IMG/VR virus record: IMGVR_UViG_3300009008_000005
Coordinates: 96,001-160,000 of that record
Reading direction: 5' to 3' (one strand)
Length of the DNA stretch: 64,000 bases
Source of the DNA: a virus
Part shown: piece after piece, positions 1 through 8,645 of the stretch
How positions within the stretch are numbered: the stretch's first letter is position 1
How the letters are laid out: each line of letters starts with the position of its first letter
The notes under the pieces: model-generated
Told to the model about the DNA's origin: nothing
What the model saw: only the letters and a program-made list of their open reading frames with translations
The model's database searches: none
Translations under genes and position numbers: made by a program

Positions 1-321
1 GGGTCCTACTCCGGGAATCGCCCCGGGCTCCGTAGGAGCGACACCGCACGGAAAGCTATTGCATCAGGATTCCTCCTGCGGGCTATCCGTGTCATTCCCG
101 TCATCCTCGTGACTACACATCTCCCGGAGAGAGGCACAACGACCAAAAAGATGCTTCAAGCCGCCATCGAAGCTTGTGCGATCTACGACATCATCTGCAT
201 CCACGACGTCGAAGACGTAGAACGGCTACAGGTCTATCGTGAAGCCGAAAACAGCACACAGTGCGACACAAGTCGGGCCTTGAAGTGGTTCTCCAGGTAC
301 AGGTGGGCTTACGATGAGTGA
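1..321 (+). CDS. 5'-partial protein, possibly the C-terminal part of a PD-(D/E)XK restriction-endonuclease-like protein
   Basis: Frame is open from base 1 (GSYSGNRPGLRRSDTARKAIASGFLL...VILVTTHLP...DIICIHD). Resembles, from memory, C-termini of restriction-like nucleases. Confidence 0.4.
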   Translation, partial: GSYSGNRPGLRRSDTARKAIASGFLLRAIRVIPVILVTTHLPERGTTTKKMLQAAIEACAIYDIICIHDVEDVERLQVYREAENSTQCDTSRALKWFSRYRWAYDE

Positions 322-417
322 TGACTGCAAAGAGTGTGGATGTAGCAAGGGTACCAGGCGAGTCTAGTAGAACAACGTGAGACGCATAGGGCACAGTACG
401 CACGAGACCAACTCAAG

Positions 418-603
418 ATGAACTCACTGCTGCGAGAACTGAACCTGGCTAAGCACGTCATTGGGATGTGCCGTAACCAGCTCCGTGAGTTCGTAGCCAT
501 CGAGGAACGAGGGACGGATTACGCAAAGCTCCACGGCCCAGCAGTTATACAAGCCGCTCTCGACGCAGTGGAGGACTTCTATGAGCGAGGAAAAGAAACC
601 TAG
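418..603 (+). CDS. hypothetical protein (true 5' end uncertain)
   Basis: ORF; frame is open from 346 without a start codon, see findings. Confidence 0.5.
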   Translation: MNSLLRELNLAKHVIGMCRNQLREFVAIEERGTDYAKLHGPAVIQAALDAVEDFYERGKET

Positions 604-826
604 AGTCCTGAGCAAGGAACTGGTGGACCTGTCAGATCAGGGCTACAGAATGTCCTACGAGGACCAGAAAACATTCCTTCAAGCCATCGTTGAAGGGTCT
701 AGCCGTCTTGGGATAGAGGCTAAGAAGATAAAGCCTAAGGAGGTAAAGAAGAAGGCCGTGCCTCCTAAGAAGCCTAAACCTGTCGGCTCTCGCCTAACCA
801 GAGTAAAGAAAAGGCGTAAAGGCTAA
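581..826 (+). CDS. Lys-rich hypothetical protein ending GSRLTRVKKRRKG
   Basis: SD-like GGAGGA upstream; followed by a terminator. Confidence 0.7.
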   Translation: MSEEKKPRVLSKELVDLSDQGYRMSYEDQKTFLQAIVEGSSRLGIEAKKIKPKEVKKKAVPPKKPKPVGSRLTRVKKRRKG

Positions 827-850
827 ACAAGGGGGCTACGCCCCCTGTTT
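825..850. terminator. bidirectional intrinsic terminator
   Basis: AAACAAGGGGG-CTACG-CCCCCTGTTT between convergent genes. Confidence 0.75.
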
Positions 851-853
851 ACC

Positions 854-1162
854 TCATGGTTCCTCTCCCCGAAGCTCTGCAGGGATACTGAACATCCAGC
901 GGGTGTTGGCCGGTCTTCCCGACCACTTGTTGAGGATCACGAAGCTCTCCATGTTGCGAGGCATGATATCAAGCCTTCCGTCCAAATCCGAAGGCATGAC
1001 GCACACCCGAACACGGGCCTTCTTGTCCTTGACCTTATGGCGGAGGATGTTCTCGATCACGGGACGGAACATCTCGAATGGTACAGGTGAGCGGAGAGCA
1101 GCGACCCTCGTCTCCAACTCCGTCTGTACCTCGACAGCCAACTCCGAGTACTTCTCTATCAT
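854..1162 (-). CDS. hypothetical protein
   Basis: Start moved to MIEKY, which has an SD (GGAGAGGAG) and overlaps the upstream stop. Confidence 0.65.
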   Translation of the reverse strand: MIEKYSELAVEVQTELETRVAALRSPVPFEMFRPVIENILRHKVKDKKARVRVCVMPSDLDGRLDIMPRNMESFVILNKWSGRPANTRWMFSIPAELRGEEP

Positions 1163-1419
1163 CGTCGACTCCTCTCCACGTCCTCCTCCACAAAACGCAT
1201 CCAGCATTCCGAAGGATCCGGGATAGAGCACCCGAGTTCACCAGGGTCACCAGGTTGCGTCCAATCGCAGAAGGACGGTTCGTCGCCAGCTCCGAAGAAC
1301 ACGCCCCTCGGGCATTCGCCTCCTCGGAGGTCACAGACCATGTCGGCCAGAGCGTACTTCACCTCATCGTCAACGGACCGGATCATCCGGTGTGGAGTCC
1401 TAAGTGACCTGCCGCTCAC
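1159..1419 (-). CDS. Cys-rich hypothetical protein
   Basis: GTG 1 nt after the upstream TAA; fills the operon gap. Confidence 0.55.
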   Translation of the reverse strand: MSGRSLRTPHRMIRSVDDEVKYALADMVCDLRGGECPRGVFFGAGDEPSFCDWTQPGDPGELGCSIPDPSECWMRFVEEDVERSRR

Positions 1420-1420
1420 G

Positions 1421-1945
1421 TTATCGTCTCGTTGTGGCATCGTGTCCTATCTCCTGCTCTACGTTCTCCAGCTCCGCTGCTATCTGCGTCGCAGCCCTTC
1501 GCTGAGCGAGGAGGATCCAGCAATCCCTTGTGGGATCCTGCTGGCATCCATCTCCGTCGAAGGTGCAGAAATCTCTGATCTCCGACGTGGGCATGTTCTC
1601 CTCGTCATGAAACCGGTTCAGAGGGCACCCATCAGCGTCAGCTAGGAAGTCTGCGAGGAACAGGTTCATGCGGGTCCGCTCATCGAGGTTCGCACGGAGC
1701 CGTAGGTTGTCCAGAGACAACTCAGTGACGGGTCGAGCAGGTCGGACTCCTGCAGGCTCTTCCGCCACGTCCACCAGGTAGGAATCCAACTCATCGATGC
1801 GGGTACCAGCGAGGACCTCATTGGCCTCCCACCGGTATGTAGGTCCGGATGCCTGCCTCGAACCGGAAGGACCAAGCATGCTCGACCCACCGGAACCCGG
1901 TCCAGTCCTCGGTCCTTGATACACATTGTCATCATCTATCGGCAT
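1421..1945 (-). CDS. hypothetical protein
   Basis: ORF in a tightly packed operon, start MPIDDD. Confidence 0.7.
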   Translation of the reverse strand: MPIDDDNVYQGPRTGPGSGGSSMLGPSGSRQASGPTYRWEANEVLAGTRIDELDSYLVDVAEEPAGVRPARPVTELSLDNLRLRANLDERTRMNLFLADFLADADGCPLNRFHDEENMPTSEIRDFCTFDGDGCQQDPTRDCWILLAQRRAATQIAAELENVEQEIGHDATTRR

Positions 1946-2624
1946 TTTTCCATCTCTCCTCTGCTGCATTCCATACTGATTCTCTTATACCCGATGCAGC
2001 TATCTCCCGAGCCGTTGTCTTGGCTGGGCCTTCTTTACGTCTACGGAGCCTCTTGAACCTACTCCCAGGCTCGTCCAAGAAGTCTATCGACCACTTGATC
2101 TCGATCTCCTGTTCCTTGGGTTTTTCCTCAGAGAATAGTTCCAGGCGTTCTAACCCAGCCAGATTCCCGAACCCCATCAGTGGACGGCGTAAAGACTCTC
2201 GCCAGTTGTAGTCCTCCATAGCGGACTCCCTCACACCAGGTGCAAACGCATCACCATTGAGGTTCGGTATACCTGCAACCGTCTGTTCCCAGGAGGAATA
2301 AATGATCCCATTCCTATTGGGGTTAGGTCTACGGAAGTCGCCACCCTGTCCGTGGAACCAGGGCTCGGGCTTCGGCGGAGTCCAGAGGAGGCTAATCGAA
2401 TCCCGATCCATCCAGGGCTTTACGAGCAAGGAGTAGTGCCGATACCACGCCTCCATCTGTTTCTGATATGCCCTGTATGCATGGAGAGCTTCTGCGAGGT
2501 TCTGATAGATCCGATCTGACCTCACGGCAGTACGTGGATGCAAAGGTTCGGTCGGGTGCTGCACGATAGAGGTGTCGAAGAATCGTGGATTTACGTTCCG
2601 GTAGTAGCTCTCTGGGATAGGCAT
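1932..2624 (-). CDS. hypothetical protein with GSRFKRLRRRK motif
   Basis: 230-aa ORF with GGAGGAG SD. Confidence 0.75.
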   Translation of the reverse strand: MPIPESYYRNVNPRFFDTSIVQHPTEPLHPRTAVRSDRIYQNLAEALHAYRAYQKQMEAWYRHYSLLVKPWMDRDSISLLWTPPKPEPWFHGQGGDFRRPNPNRNGIIYSSWEQTVAGIPNLNGDAFAPGVRESAMEDYNWRESLRRPLMGFGNLAGLERLELFSEEKPKEQEIEIKWSIDFLDEPGSRFKRLRRRKEGPAKTTAREIAASGIRESVWNAAEERWKNADR

Positions 2625-2801
2625 CTACTCCTCCGCTGTGAAGGGCACAACCTCTGAGCCGGGGTTCTCATCCGATACGTCCTGCGCCTCTTCCCGTGTG
2701 GAGAAGGCATTCCACCAGCCCGTTGTTGTGGTCCACCCGTAGTTGAAGTGATCCCACCACATTCCGGCCTCATTCCGCACAAGGTACAATGCCTCATCCA
2801 T
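2625..2801 (-). CDS. small Trp-rich hypothetical protein (58 aa, not in ORF track)
   Basis: MDEALYLVRNEAGMWWDHF...AEE*; GGAGGT SD; abuts the next gene. Confidence 0.65.
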   Translation of the reverse strand: MDEALYLVRNEAGMWWDHFNYGWTTTTGWWNAFSTREEAQDVSDENPGSEVVPFTAEE

Positions 2802-2812
2802 CTCACACCTCC

Positions 2813-3046
2813 CTATCCGTTGTCGTTGTGACTGGCCCAGTGATCGAGGAGCCGTATCATGTCGGCCTTGCTCTTCGGCGTGGGTTTGGAAAAGATCTCG
2901 GCGTCGTGGTCATCACAAGGGGTGTAGCCGCAATCGCCTTCCTTGTCCCAGTTCCGCTTGCGGCGCTTGGCCTCCTTGAGTGATCCTACGTAGTCGAACC
3001 CACAAGAGCCTTCGCAAGGACAGTAGTAATCAACTCTATAAATCAT
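2813..3046 (-). CDS. hypothetical protein
   Basis: GGAGG SD; ATGA overlap with the upstream stop. Confidence 0.7.
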   Translation of the reverse strand: MIYRVDYYCPCEGSCGFDYVGSLKEAKRRKRNWDKEGDCGYTPCDDHDAEIFSKPTPKSKADMIRLLDHWASHNDNG

Positions 3047-3198
3047 GCTCCCCTCCTCTCAGCGACTGGTTTCATAAGCTCTAGGCACGCATAACCCAGC
3101 ATCCCCATGAAGGCCACGGCCCCTAGCGGATAGAGCATTACCATGGTTAGGTTATAGACCCACGTAGAAGGCTGCTTCCTATAGCTCTTGTTGATCAT
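3043..3198 (-). CDS. small membrane protein (51 aa, not in ORF track)
   Basis: MINKSYRKQPSTWVYNLTMVMLYPLGAVAFMGMLGYACL...; hydrophobic span; couples to both neighbours. Confidence 0.55.
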   Translation of the reverse strand: MINKSYRKQPSTWVYNLTMVMLYPLGAVAFMGMLGYACLELMKPVAERRGA

Positions 3199-3484
3199 CT
3201 TCCTCTCCTTCTAGGCGGAACGACCCTACACCAACGCAGGCTAGGTAATACCCGCCCCCTACACGGTCCAGAACAACGCAGGGGACCCACTTATGGGACT
3301 CTGATTTTCGAGCCTCAGGACCGAAGTCAGTGACACGAACCTCTACAACCTCTCCCCACGATGTCGTCATGGTCGGAGGAATCGGAGGCGCTGCGCAAGC
3401 CTCTGACTCGAACATCACCGCCCAGATCACTAGGGCGATAATGACTGCGTAGAGAAGCGCACATAAAGCTTCAAGTATCTTCAT
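3179..3484 (-). CDS. membrane-anchored hypothetical protein
   Basis: Start MKILEALCALLYAVIIALVIWAV is an N-terminal TM or signal segment. Confidence 0.65.
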   Translation of the reverse strand: MKILEALCALLYAVIIALVIWAVMFESEACAAPPIPPTMTTSWGEVVEVRVTDFGPEARKSESHKWVPCVVLDRVGGGYYLACVGVGSFRLEGEEDDQQEL

Positions 3485-3908
3485 TTTTACCCTTCTTGCG
3501 GGGCTGTGCCTCATCGAGCCATGCGTCCACCTTCTCTGTTTCGATCTGCTTGCGGGCGGCGGCGATGTAGCGGTCAAAGAACGCCTGGAACGCCTTGGCA
3601 CCACCTTCGTTTATGCACGCCATCTCCAGCGCCAGACGAAACGCCTGTATCTCAGCCAGATGCCGCTTACAGTCGTCCACGTAGTTCCCTAAGGTCTTCC
3701 TCAATAGCTCCATCTCCCACTGCTTCTCCAAGACGAGAAGGGTGGCTCCCTGCTCCATGGCGATATCTGAGGCGAGGGCATGATTATCTGTTATTCCTAT
3801 AGGGAGATCTTCTGGCCACCACCCGGCGTTATCGTCGGAGAAGTCATAGAACTCCCTCCCCTCAGCAGCCTCACGAGTGGCAGCATAGTACTTTCTAAGT
3901 TCAGCCAT
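3471..3908 (-). CDS. hypothetical protein
   Basis: Start MAELRKY with GGAGG SD. Confidence 0.7.
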   Translation of the reverse strand: MAELRKYYAATREAAEGREFYDFSDDNAGWWPEDLPIGITDNHALASDIAMEQGATLLVLEKQWEMELLRKTLGNYVDDCKRHLAEIQAFRLALEMACINEGGAKAFQAFFDRYIAAARKQIETEKVDAWLDEAQPRKKGKNEDT

Positions 3909-4113
3909 CAGATTCCTCCGGGAAGATGTTGTAGACCCGCACAAGGATGATCTTCCGGTTAGCCGGTAGACCACCGTATTTCTTTAGCCAGTAGTTCTCT
4001 ACCTCCGAGTCCAGGCAGCGGTCTGGATCGATGCTAACCGGGACGTCTATGATCTCTGTATCCCACGTCATGTCCTCCCACGCACGGAGAACTTCACAAC
4101 GCCATGTACTCAT
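3901..4113 (-). CDS. hypothetical protein
   Basis: AGGAGG SD; overlaps neighbours. Confidence 0.7.
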   Translation of the reverse strand: MSTWRCEVLRAWEDMTWDTEIIDVPVSIDPDRCLDSEVENYWLKKYGGLPANRKIILVRVYNIFPEESDG

Positions 4114-4730
4114 TGCTCCCTCCTTGCACGTAGTCTATGTAGACGGCCCAGGACCCTCTCACGTTCAGGTTTGCCTGTAGCCTCGGCTACGATTTTCTCT
4201 GTCTGCTCCGGGGTTAGATTCAGAGGCTCAAGGTTCTGATCCCAGGTACCTGGACTCCAGGGATCGCTCGGCGGGTGCGAGATACGTCTCGTAGGTGGCG
4301 GTCCCGAAGGGGCTGGGCGAGTATGTGTCTTTCCCATCTGGTTCATCATTCCCGCCATCTGACTGTGGCGGGATGTCTGTGGGGCGGCTGGGGGTACGGA
4401 GACATGATACTGTGCCGCCTGAGCATCTAGCTCCGCATCGGAGCTTATCCCTAAGGAGTCCTTCAACCCCTCACGCATGACCAAATTCGCTTCCTCTAGC
4501 TGCCGCTTCGCCTCCATTTCCTGTAAGCGTATCTCCCTCTTGGCTAGCCGCTTCTTCCGCTCCCTGTAATCTCGTATGAAGACGAAGATCCTACCTAACA
4601 GTAGGATCGACGCATACATACCAGCTACTATCCCGAAGGCGGCTAGTATGGTGTAAAACTCTTCCATACTCCCCGATGTCGCTCGCTCACCGCCCCCAGA
4701 GGGGCCCACACTCAAACCTATATGGAACAT
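4110..4730 (-). CDS. single-TM protein ending GRLHRLRARREQ
   Basis: TM segment ILAAFGIVAGMYASILLLGRIFVFI; SD and ATAAG motif upstream. Confidence 0.7.
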   Translation of the reverse strand: MFHIGLSVGPSGGGERATSGSMEEFYTILAAFGIVAGMYASILLLGRIFVFIRDYRERKKRLAKREIRLQEMEAKRQLEEANLVMREGLKDSLGISSDAELDAQAAQYHVSVPPAAPQTSRHSQMAGMMNQMGKTHTRPAPSGPPPTRRISHPPSDPWSPGTWDQNLEPLNLTPEQTEKIVAEATGKPERERVLGRLHRLRARREQ

Positions 4731-4757
4731 ATCTGCCTCCCAGTTTCTACGGAGGTC

Positions 4758-5231
4758 TTATACCTCTTCTTTACGTTTGTGTAGACGAGCTAGCCTTCCC
4801 TCTGGCGGGACGGTATCGATGCTCGGATACTTCTTCCGGAACTGCTCAATAGACCTCGCATCCGCCGCACCAATGATGAGCGTGGCCCCTGCACGGACCA
4901 ATGCGTCGTAGCGTGCGATGAAGTGTGGTAGATCCTCTCCGGCCTTCCGCTCTAAGACCACCCCTAGGGGATGCTCCTTGACCTCGAACTGAGATAGGAA
5001 CGCTTCACGGCTCTTAGCAGGCGGAACGTAGTCAGGCGGCTTTGGCTTCTGCCTCACGGTCTCTGCCTCAGGTTCGTTACCTGGGTGAGGCAGTTCCGGT
5101 GGTATTCGTATAGTCATAGGGGGCCCTGTAGGCTCGATGTCTACTAAGCACTCGATCTTAGGTTCGTCCGACGTAGTCAGCTGCTTTTTGGCGTTTTTCA
5201 GGAATCCGATTACTTTCTGTAGTAAGCCCAC
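4758..5231 (-). CDS. hypothetical protein ending GRLARLHKRKEEV
   Basis: GTG start with AGGAGG SD. Confidence 0.7.
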   Translation of the reverse strand: MGLLQKVIGFLKNAKKQLTTSDEPKIECLVDIEPTGPPMTIRIPPELPHPGNEPEAETVRQKPKPPDYVPPAKSREAFLSQFEVKEHPLGVVLERKAGEDLPHFIARYDALVRAGATLIIGAADARSIEQFRKKYPSIDTVPPEGRLARLHKRKEEV

Positions 5232-5571
5232 GTCGCCTCCTTAGACGTACTAGCCTCGACCCGGCTTGGCCTAGCTTCACGATTCTGGCCCTATGGAGCC
5301 ACTTTGGGGTTAGGTGGCTGACAGCCCCCATCCCCAAGAATGTGCAATTAGTTATGGACGTGTTCGCCTCAGAGTAGACTTCAACATGTAGACCCTGTAG
5401 GAGACAGCCGAGTAGAGAGGCTCCCTCATCCAAGTAGATATAGACAGGGTACTCCCTTCCATCGAAGTCACACCTAGTTACCTCTGCGCCCTTAGCTACT
5501 ACCACGAGAGAGGGCTCATCGAATATCCGGCGATCAATCTCATCAAATTTTCGAATCAAAACCTCTTGCAT
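5158..5571 (-). CDS. hypothetical protein with GSRLVRLRRRR motif
   Basis: AGGAG SD; 3' end overlaps the next gene by 74 nt. Confidence 0.7.
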   Translation of the reverse strand: MQEVLIRKFDEIDRRIFDEPSLVVVAKGAEVTRCDFDGREYPVYIYLDEGASLLGCLLQGLHVEVYSEANTSITNCTFLGMGAVSHLTPKWLHRARIVKLGQAGSRLVRLRRRRGLTTESNRIPEKRQKAADYVGRT

Positions 5572-5582
5572 GGCTAACTCCT

Positions 5583-5614
5583 AAAAAGGGTTGGGACGCC
5601 CGAAGGCGTCCCGA
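5583..5614 (-). terminator. intrinsic terminator
   Basis: GGGACGCC-TTCG-GGCGTCCC then AACCCTTTTT on the minus strand. Confidence 0.75.
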
Positions 5615-5620
5615 GTCAGT

Positions 5621-5827
5621 CTACGCCTTGAAGAACTGCGGTGCCTGACGGCACAGCTCGTCCATGTTCGAAGCGGGACCGACCATACGACCACCCACGG
5701 GGACGGCGCACTGGTGACCCTGGACTGAGATGATGGAGACACCATCACTCGTCGCCCAGATCGGGTTGTGGATGGGGCCCTTGTAGGTGAGAATCACCTT
5801 GTCCCCGACGTACTCAGCTGTGACCAT
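5621..5827 (-). CDS. hypothetical protein
   Basis: GGAGGT SD. Confidence 0.7.
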   Translation of the reverse strand: MVTAEYVGDKVILTYKGPIHNPIWATSDGVSIISVQGHQCAVPVGGRMVGPASNMDELCRQAPQFFKA

Positions 5828-5836
5828 ACGAACCTC

Positions 5837-5998
5837 CTAGCTTACGTCCATTTCCTCGTCAACGGCCCTGTTGACGAAGTCCTCGAACGTGTCATTGTTG
5901 TTCTGGTTATCTACGTACTCACAGATCACGTGAAGCATGGAATTCTCGTTCCAGCCCGTATGATCCACAGCCTCTTCGAGAATCTGCATCGCATTCAT
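5837..5998 (-). CDS. small acidic hypothetical protein (53 aa, not in ORF track)
   Basis: MNAMQILEEAVDHTGWNENSMLHVICEYVD...; fills the operon gap; SD present. Confidence 0.6.
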   Translation of the reverse strand: MNAMQILEEAVDHTGWNENSMLHVICEYVDNQNNNDTFEDFVNRAVDEEMDVS

Positions 5999-6011
5999 GG
6001 CTCCACCCTCC

Positions 6012-6455
6012 TCATTCCACCTCCAGCATGTCCAGCAGACCTATAACCTCGGCGGTCTCGAACAAGCTGTACTCTGGGAAGTCTGGGGTATCTCCCCAAG
6101 TATGGTCCCCTACGACGACCACCTTCTTCTTTGCGACGATGCGCCACAAGGTGTTCCCCATCTTGCCCGACCAGGCATCTCGCAGCTCCCGCAGGAAGAC
6201 ATCCGGATCAATGGCGTCCCACATGTCAACAAACTGGTCGAGGTCCATGGCGTAACAATCAATATTCTCCCAGAGCTTCTTCGGATACCCCTTGGGGGGA
6301 TCCAACCAGTCTCCGGCCTCCTCACACTTCTTGTTCCAGTCGAGGATGATCTTCCGGTACTTGCGGAGATACTCCTTGGCCATCACGCACTGGTCGTGTG
6401 TCCCTAGGATCTCCTCAGGTCCGACGAAAATGTACCCCACAAAACTGCGCCCCAT
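6012..6455 (-). CDS. hypothetical protein
   Basis: GGGAGGT SD; ATAAG motif 34 nt upstream. Confidence 0.75.
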   Translation of the reverse strand: MGRSFVGYIFVGPEEILGTHDQCVMAKEYLRKYRKIILDWNKKCEEAGDWLDPPKGYPKKLWENIDCYAMDLDQFVDMWDAIDPDVFLRELRDAWSGKMGNTLWRIVAKKKVVVVGDHTWGDTPDFPEYSLFETAEVIGLLDMLEVE

Positions 6456-6555
6456 AGCAGACCTCCCGTCTTGGTTACGCCTGCCTTATACCGGGTTTCG
6501 AATCAATGCTACCACTAAGTCTTGTGTGTTCAAGCTATTTATTGACCTTGTGATA

Positions 6556-6582
6556 TAAGAAGGGGGCTTATGCCCCTTCTTA
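6556..6582. terminator. stem-loop, bidirectional terminator-like
   Basis: TAAGAAGGGGG-CTTATG-CCCCTTCTTA. Confidence 0.6.
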
Positions 6583-6858
6583 CCTCATGGGCGGACGCCC
6601 GGCTCGCAGGCTTCTCCGCAAGCTCTAACAGCTTCCGGGTAGCACGTAGTGTCTACCTCACATTCTAAAGAGGTGGATCATTCCTCCTCGAAGGTGGGCC
6701 CCGGCTGTAGATGCGCTCCGAAGAGATTCTCCATCTCACCGGAGAGTCCCTTGTCATCATAGGTGACACAAGCTTCACAGCGGAGCAGACGACTACATCG
6801 AGATCGACCTCACAACGCCGGGAGCGAGGTGGCACATCACGAAGTCGGGGAGGAGAGT

Positions 6859-7044
6859 ATGAGTGTCCCGATAGAAGAGCGGACGTTCCCGGTCCTCTGC
6901 AACTGTGGAAACACCGTATTCAAAGTCACGTTCACCCGTGCCCTCTACACCGAACCCGGCGAGGGCAGAGGAGAGTACAACTTCCACTGCACGAACTGTA
7001 GGGAGACTGACGACGTCTACCACGACAGCAGGGAGGATGTATGA
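6859..7044 (+). CDS. small zinc-ribbon-like protein
   Basis: CNC...CTNC; GGAGGAG SD; ATGA overlap with the next gene. Confidence 0.7.
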   Translation: MSVPIEERTFPVLCNCGNTVFKVTFTRALYTEPGEGRGEYNFHCTNCRETDDVYHDSREDV

Positions 7045-7454
7045 ACTCACGCCAGACAGAATCCCAGATGCGTCTCCGCTCCCTGAGAGGGATCGTCATC
7101 GCCGTTGACTTCGACGGAACGGTCGTCACCCACGACTACCCGGAAGTGGGCTCTGATGTGCCCCACGCTGTGGACGTCCTGAAGGCGTTAGTGAAGAAGG
7201 GTGCCAAGATCATCCTCTACACCATGCGTAGCGGTCTACACCTGCGCCGTGCGGAGGCGTGGTATAAGCTCCACAACATCAAGCTCTATGCCTCCCAGCG
7301 GAATCCCACGCAGGACCGTTGGACCGACTCCCCGAAGTGCTATGCGAACATCTTCATCGATGATGCAGCTCTTGGGTGCCCCCTCATAGAGACCGATGGT
7401 CGAAGCGTCGTGGACTGGCTCAAGGTGGCAGAGTACTTCGATCTGGAGGTGTAG
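7041..7454 (+). CDS. HAD-superfamily hydrolase/phosphatase (BT0820-like, capless)
   Basis: Motif I IAVDFDGT, motif II LYTMR, motif III/IV KCYANIFIDD. Confidence 0.85.
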   Translation: MNSRQTESQMRLRSLRGIVIAVDFDGTVVTHDYPEVGSDVPHAVDVLKALVKKGAKIILYTMRSGLHLRRAEAWYKLHNIKLYASQRNPTQDRWTDSPKCYANIFIDDAALGCPLIETDGRSVVDWLKVAEYFDLEV

Positions 7455-7742
7455 ATGGACCCAGAGATTGCGAGTGCCCTAGATATCTTCATCGGGAGGA
7501 CCCTCACAAGCGCCCTACACAACAATGCGGACTTCCAGGAGGCCGTTAGGCTCAACCAGGTTGCAAGGGAGCTTCCCGTTCGTCCCATCTGGCATCCGCT
7601 CTATAACCACCTACAGGACACCTACCCAAACCGGAACTTCATCACCGAAACAAGGCTCCACCCGGACCGAAAGTTGGTTGTGAAAGTCATGTGGTTAGAC
7701 GAGGACGGCTACTATGAAGCTGACGTAGACGAGTACGAATAA
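7455..7742 (+). CDS. hypothetical protein
   Basis: Abuts the HAD gene; GGAGGT SD. Confidence 0.7.
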   Translation: MDPEIASALDIFIGRTLTSALHNNADFQEAVRLNQVARELPVRPIWHPLYNHLQDTYPNRNFITETRLHPDRKLVVKVMWLDEDGYYEADVDEYE

Positions 7743-7750
7743 GTAGTACA

Positions 7751-7780
7751 AAAACCTAGGGGGCCTCGCCCCCCTTCTTA
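7751..7780. terminator. bidirectional terminator-like hairpin
   Basis: AGGGGGC-CTC-GCCCCCC with TTCTT and AAAA flanks. Confidence 0.6.
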
Positions 7781-7874
7781 CCTTGAACTTCTTCTGTCTT
7801 CTCGTCCCGCTTGTGCTCGTTCTTTATAACAGCTTCGAGGGCCTTCCGCATTGCATCGTTGAAGTGCTCGTCGG

Positions 7875-8153
7875 TCATGACTTCTCCCACCCGTCTACAG
7901 GTAATGAGATGAGGAATGGGTGACCGTTCTCCGGATGCTCGTGGATGATGATGTGAGACTTATCGTCCATCTCCACTGGAACCCCGAAGCTCGCCATGCT
8001 CACAGAGGCGTTACTTCGCACACCTTCGATCTCCGATGTGATGATGAAATCGGTTACCCCGTCGTTCTGCTTCACAATGGAGTACTTCCACCCTGCGTGA
8101 AGATTTGTGTACTGCACGCCTTTGTCTCCTAAGAACACTTCTGAGATCTTCAT
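7875..8153 (-). CDS. hypothetical protein
   Basis: Start MKISEVFLG with GGGAGG SD (the ORF-track upstream extension crosses divergent genes). Confidence 0.7.
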   Translation of the reverse strand: MKISEVFLGDKGVQYTNLHAGWKYSIVKQNDGVTDFIITSEIEGVRSNASVSMASFGVPVEMDDKSHIIIHEHPENGHPFLISLPVDGWEKS

Positions 8154-8195
8154 CGTCCTCCCCATAATGGAATCGGTTTTGCGCATGCAAAACTT

Positions 8196-8224
8196 AGCAT
8201 ACTTGATGTCATAAGAATAGTGAA
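8196..8224 (-). promoter_or_regulatory. sigma70-like promoter TTCACT-N17-TATGCT
   Basis: Box spacing; overlaps the divergent ATAAG element. Confidence 0.45.
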
Positions 8225-8230
8225 CCCTAA
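8211..8230 (+). promoter_or_regulatory. ATAAG-class promoter motif (ATAAGAATAGTGAACCC)
   Basis: Recurrent motif, 39 nt before ATG. Confidence 0.65.
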
Positions 8231-8249
8231 TCCACGACTGGAGGTACAC

Positions 8250-8546
8250 ATGGAAGGCTTGGGAATCAGAGAGTCGGACGAACATCGCCTGACTCGTGAA
8301 ACGCACGAGCAGGAAATGCTCCGGCTCCGAATGGATGCACATCTTGGAGAGATCACCACCGAGGATGTCTGCAAGGCCCTGGGCATCAACATCGGCAACA
8401 TCGGGCGGGAGCTGAACCTCACCCGGAAGAAGGAGAAGGAGTTCGACAAGGACGGGAACGAGATCGTGATGGTACACGGTCGTCGGGCCAAAAAGGTCAA
8501 GGTCCTCTGGGGTTCGCAAGACCACTACCTGGTCTTCATCGACTGA
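8250..8546 (+). CDS. hypothetical protein, possible HTH
   Basis: GGAGGT SD; TTEDVCKALGIN resembles an HTH helix. Confidence 0.7.
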   Translation: MEGLGIRESDEHRLTRETHEQEMLRLRMDAHLGEITTEDVCKALGINIGNIGRELNLTRKKEKEFDKDGNEIVMVHGRRAKKVKVLWGSQDHYLVFID

Positions 8547-8640
8547 GTGCTGGGCCCTTCGGGCCCTTTTTACTATACATGCAAAAAATACCGCACTTGC
8601 AGAGATAAGAATAGTGAACCCCAACCCCTAACTGGAGGTG
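8547..8640 (+). repeat. ~95-bp direct repeat copy 1: terminator + ATAAG promoter + SD
   Basis: Near-identical to 9166-9260. Confidence 0.85.
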
Positions 8641-8645
8641 CTGTT

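Noticed and set aside
7756-7878. 40-aa minus-strand ORF MTDEHFNDAMRK...
   Set aside because: Coupled start is plausible, but the stop lies inside the terminator hairpin; too weak to list as a feature.
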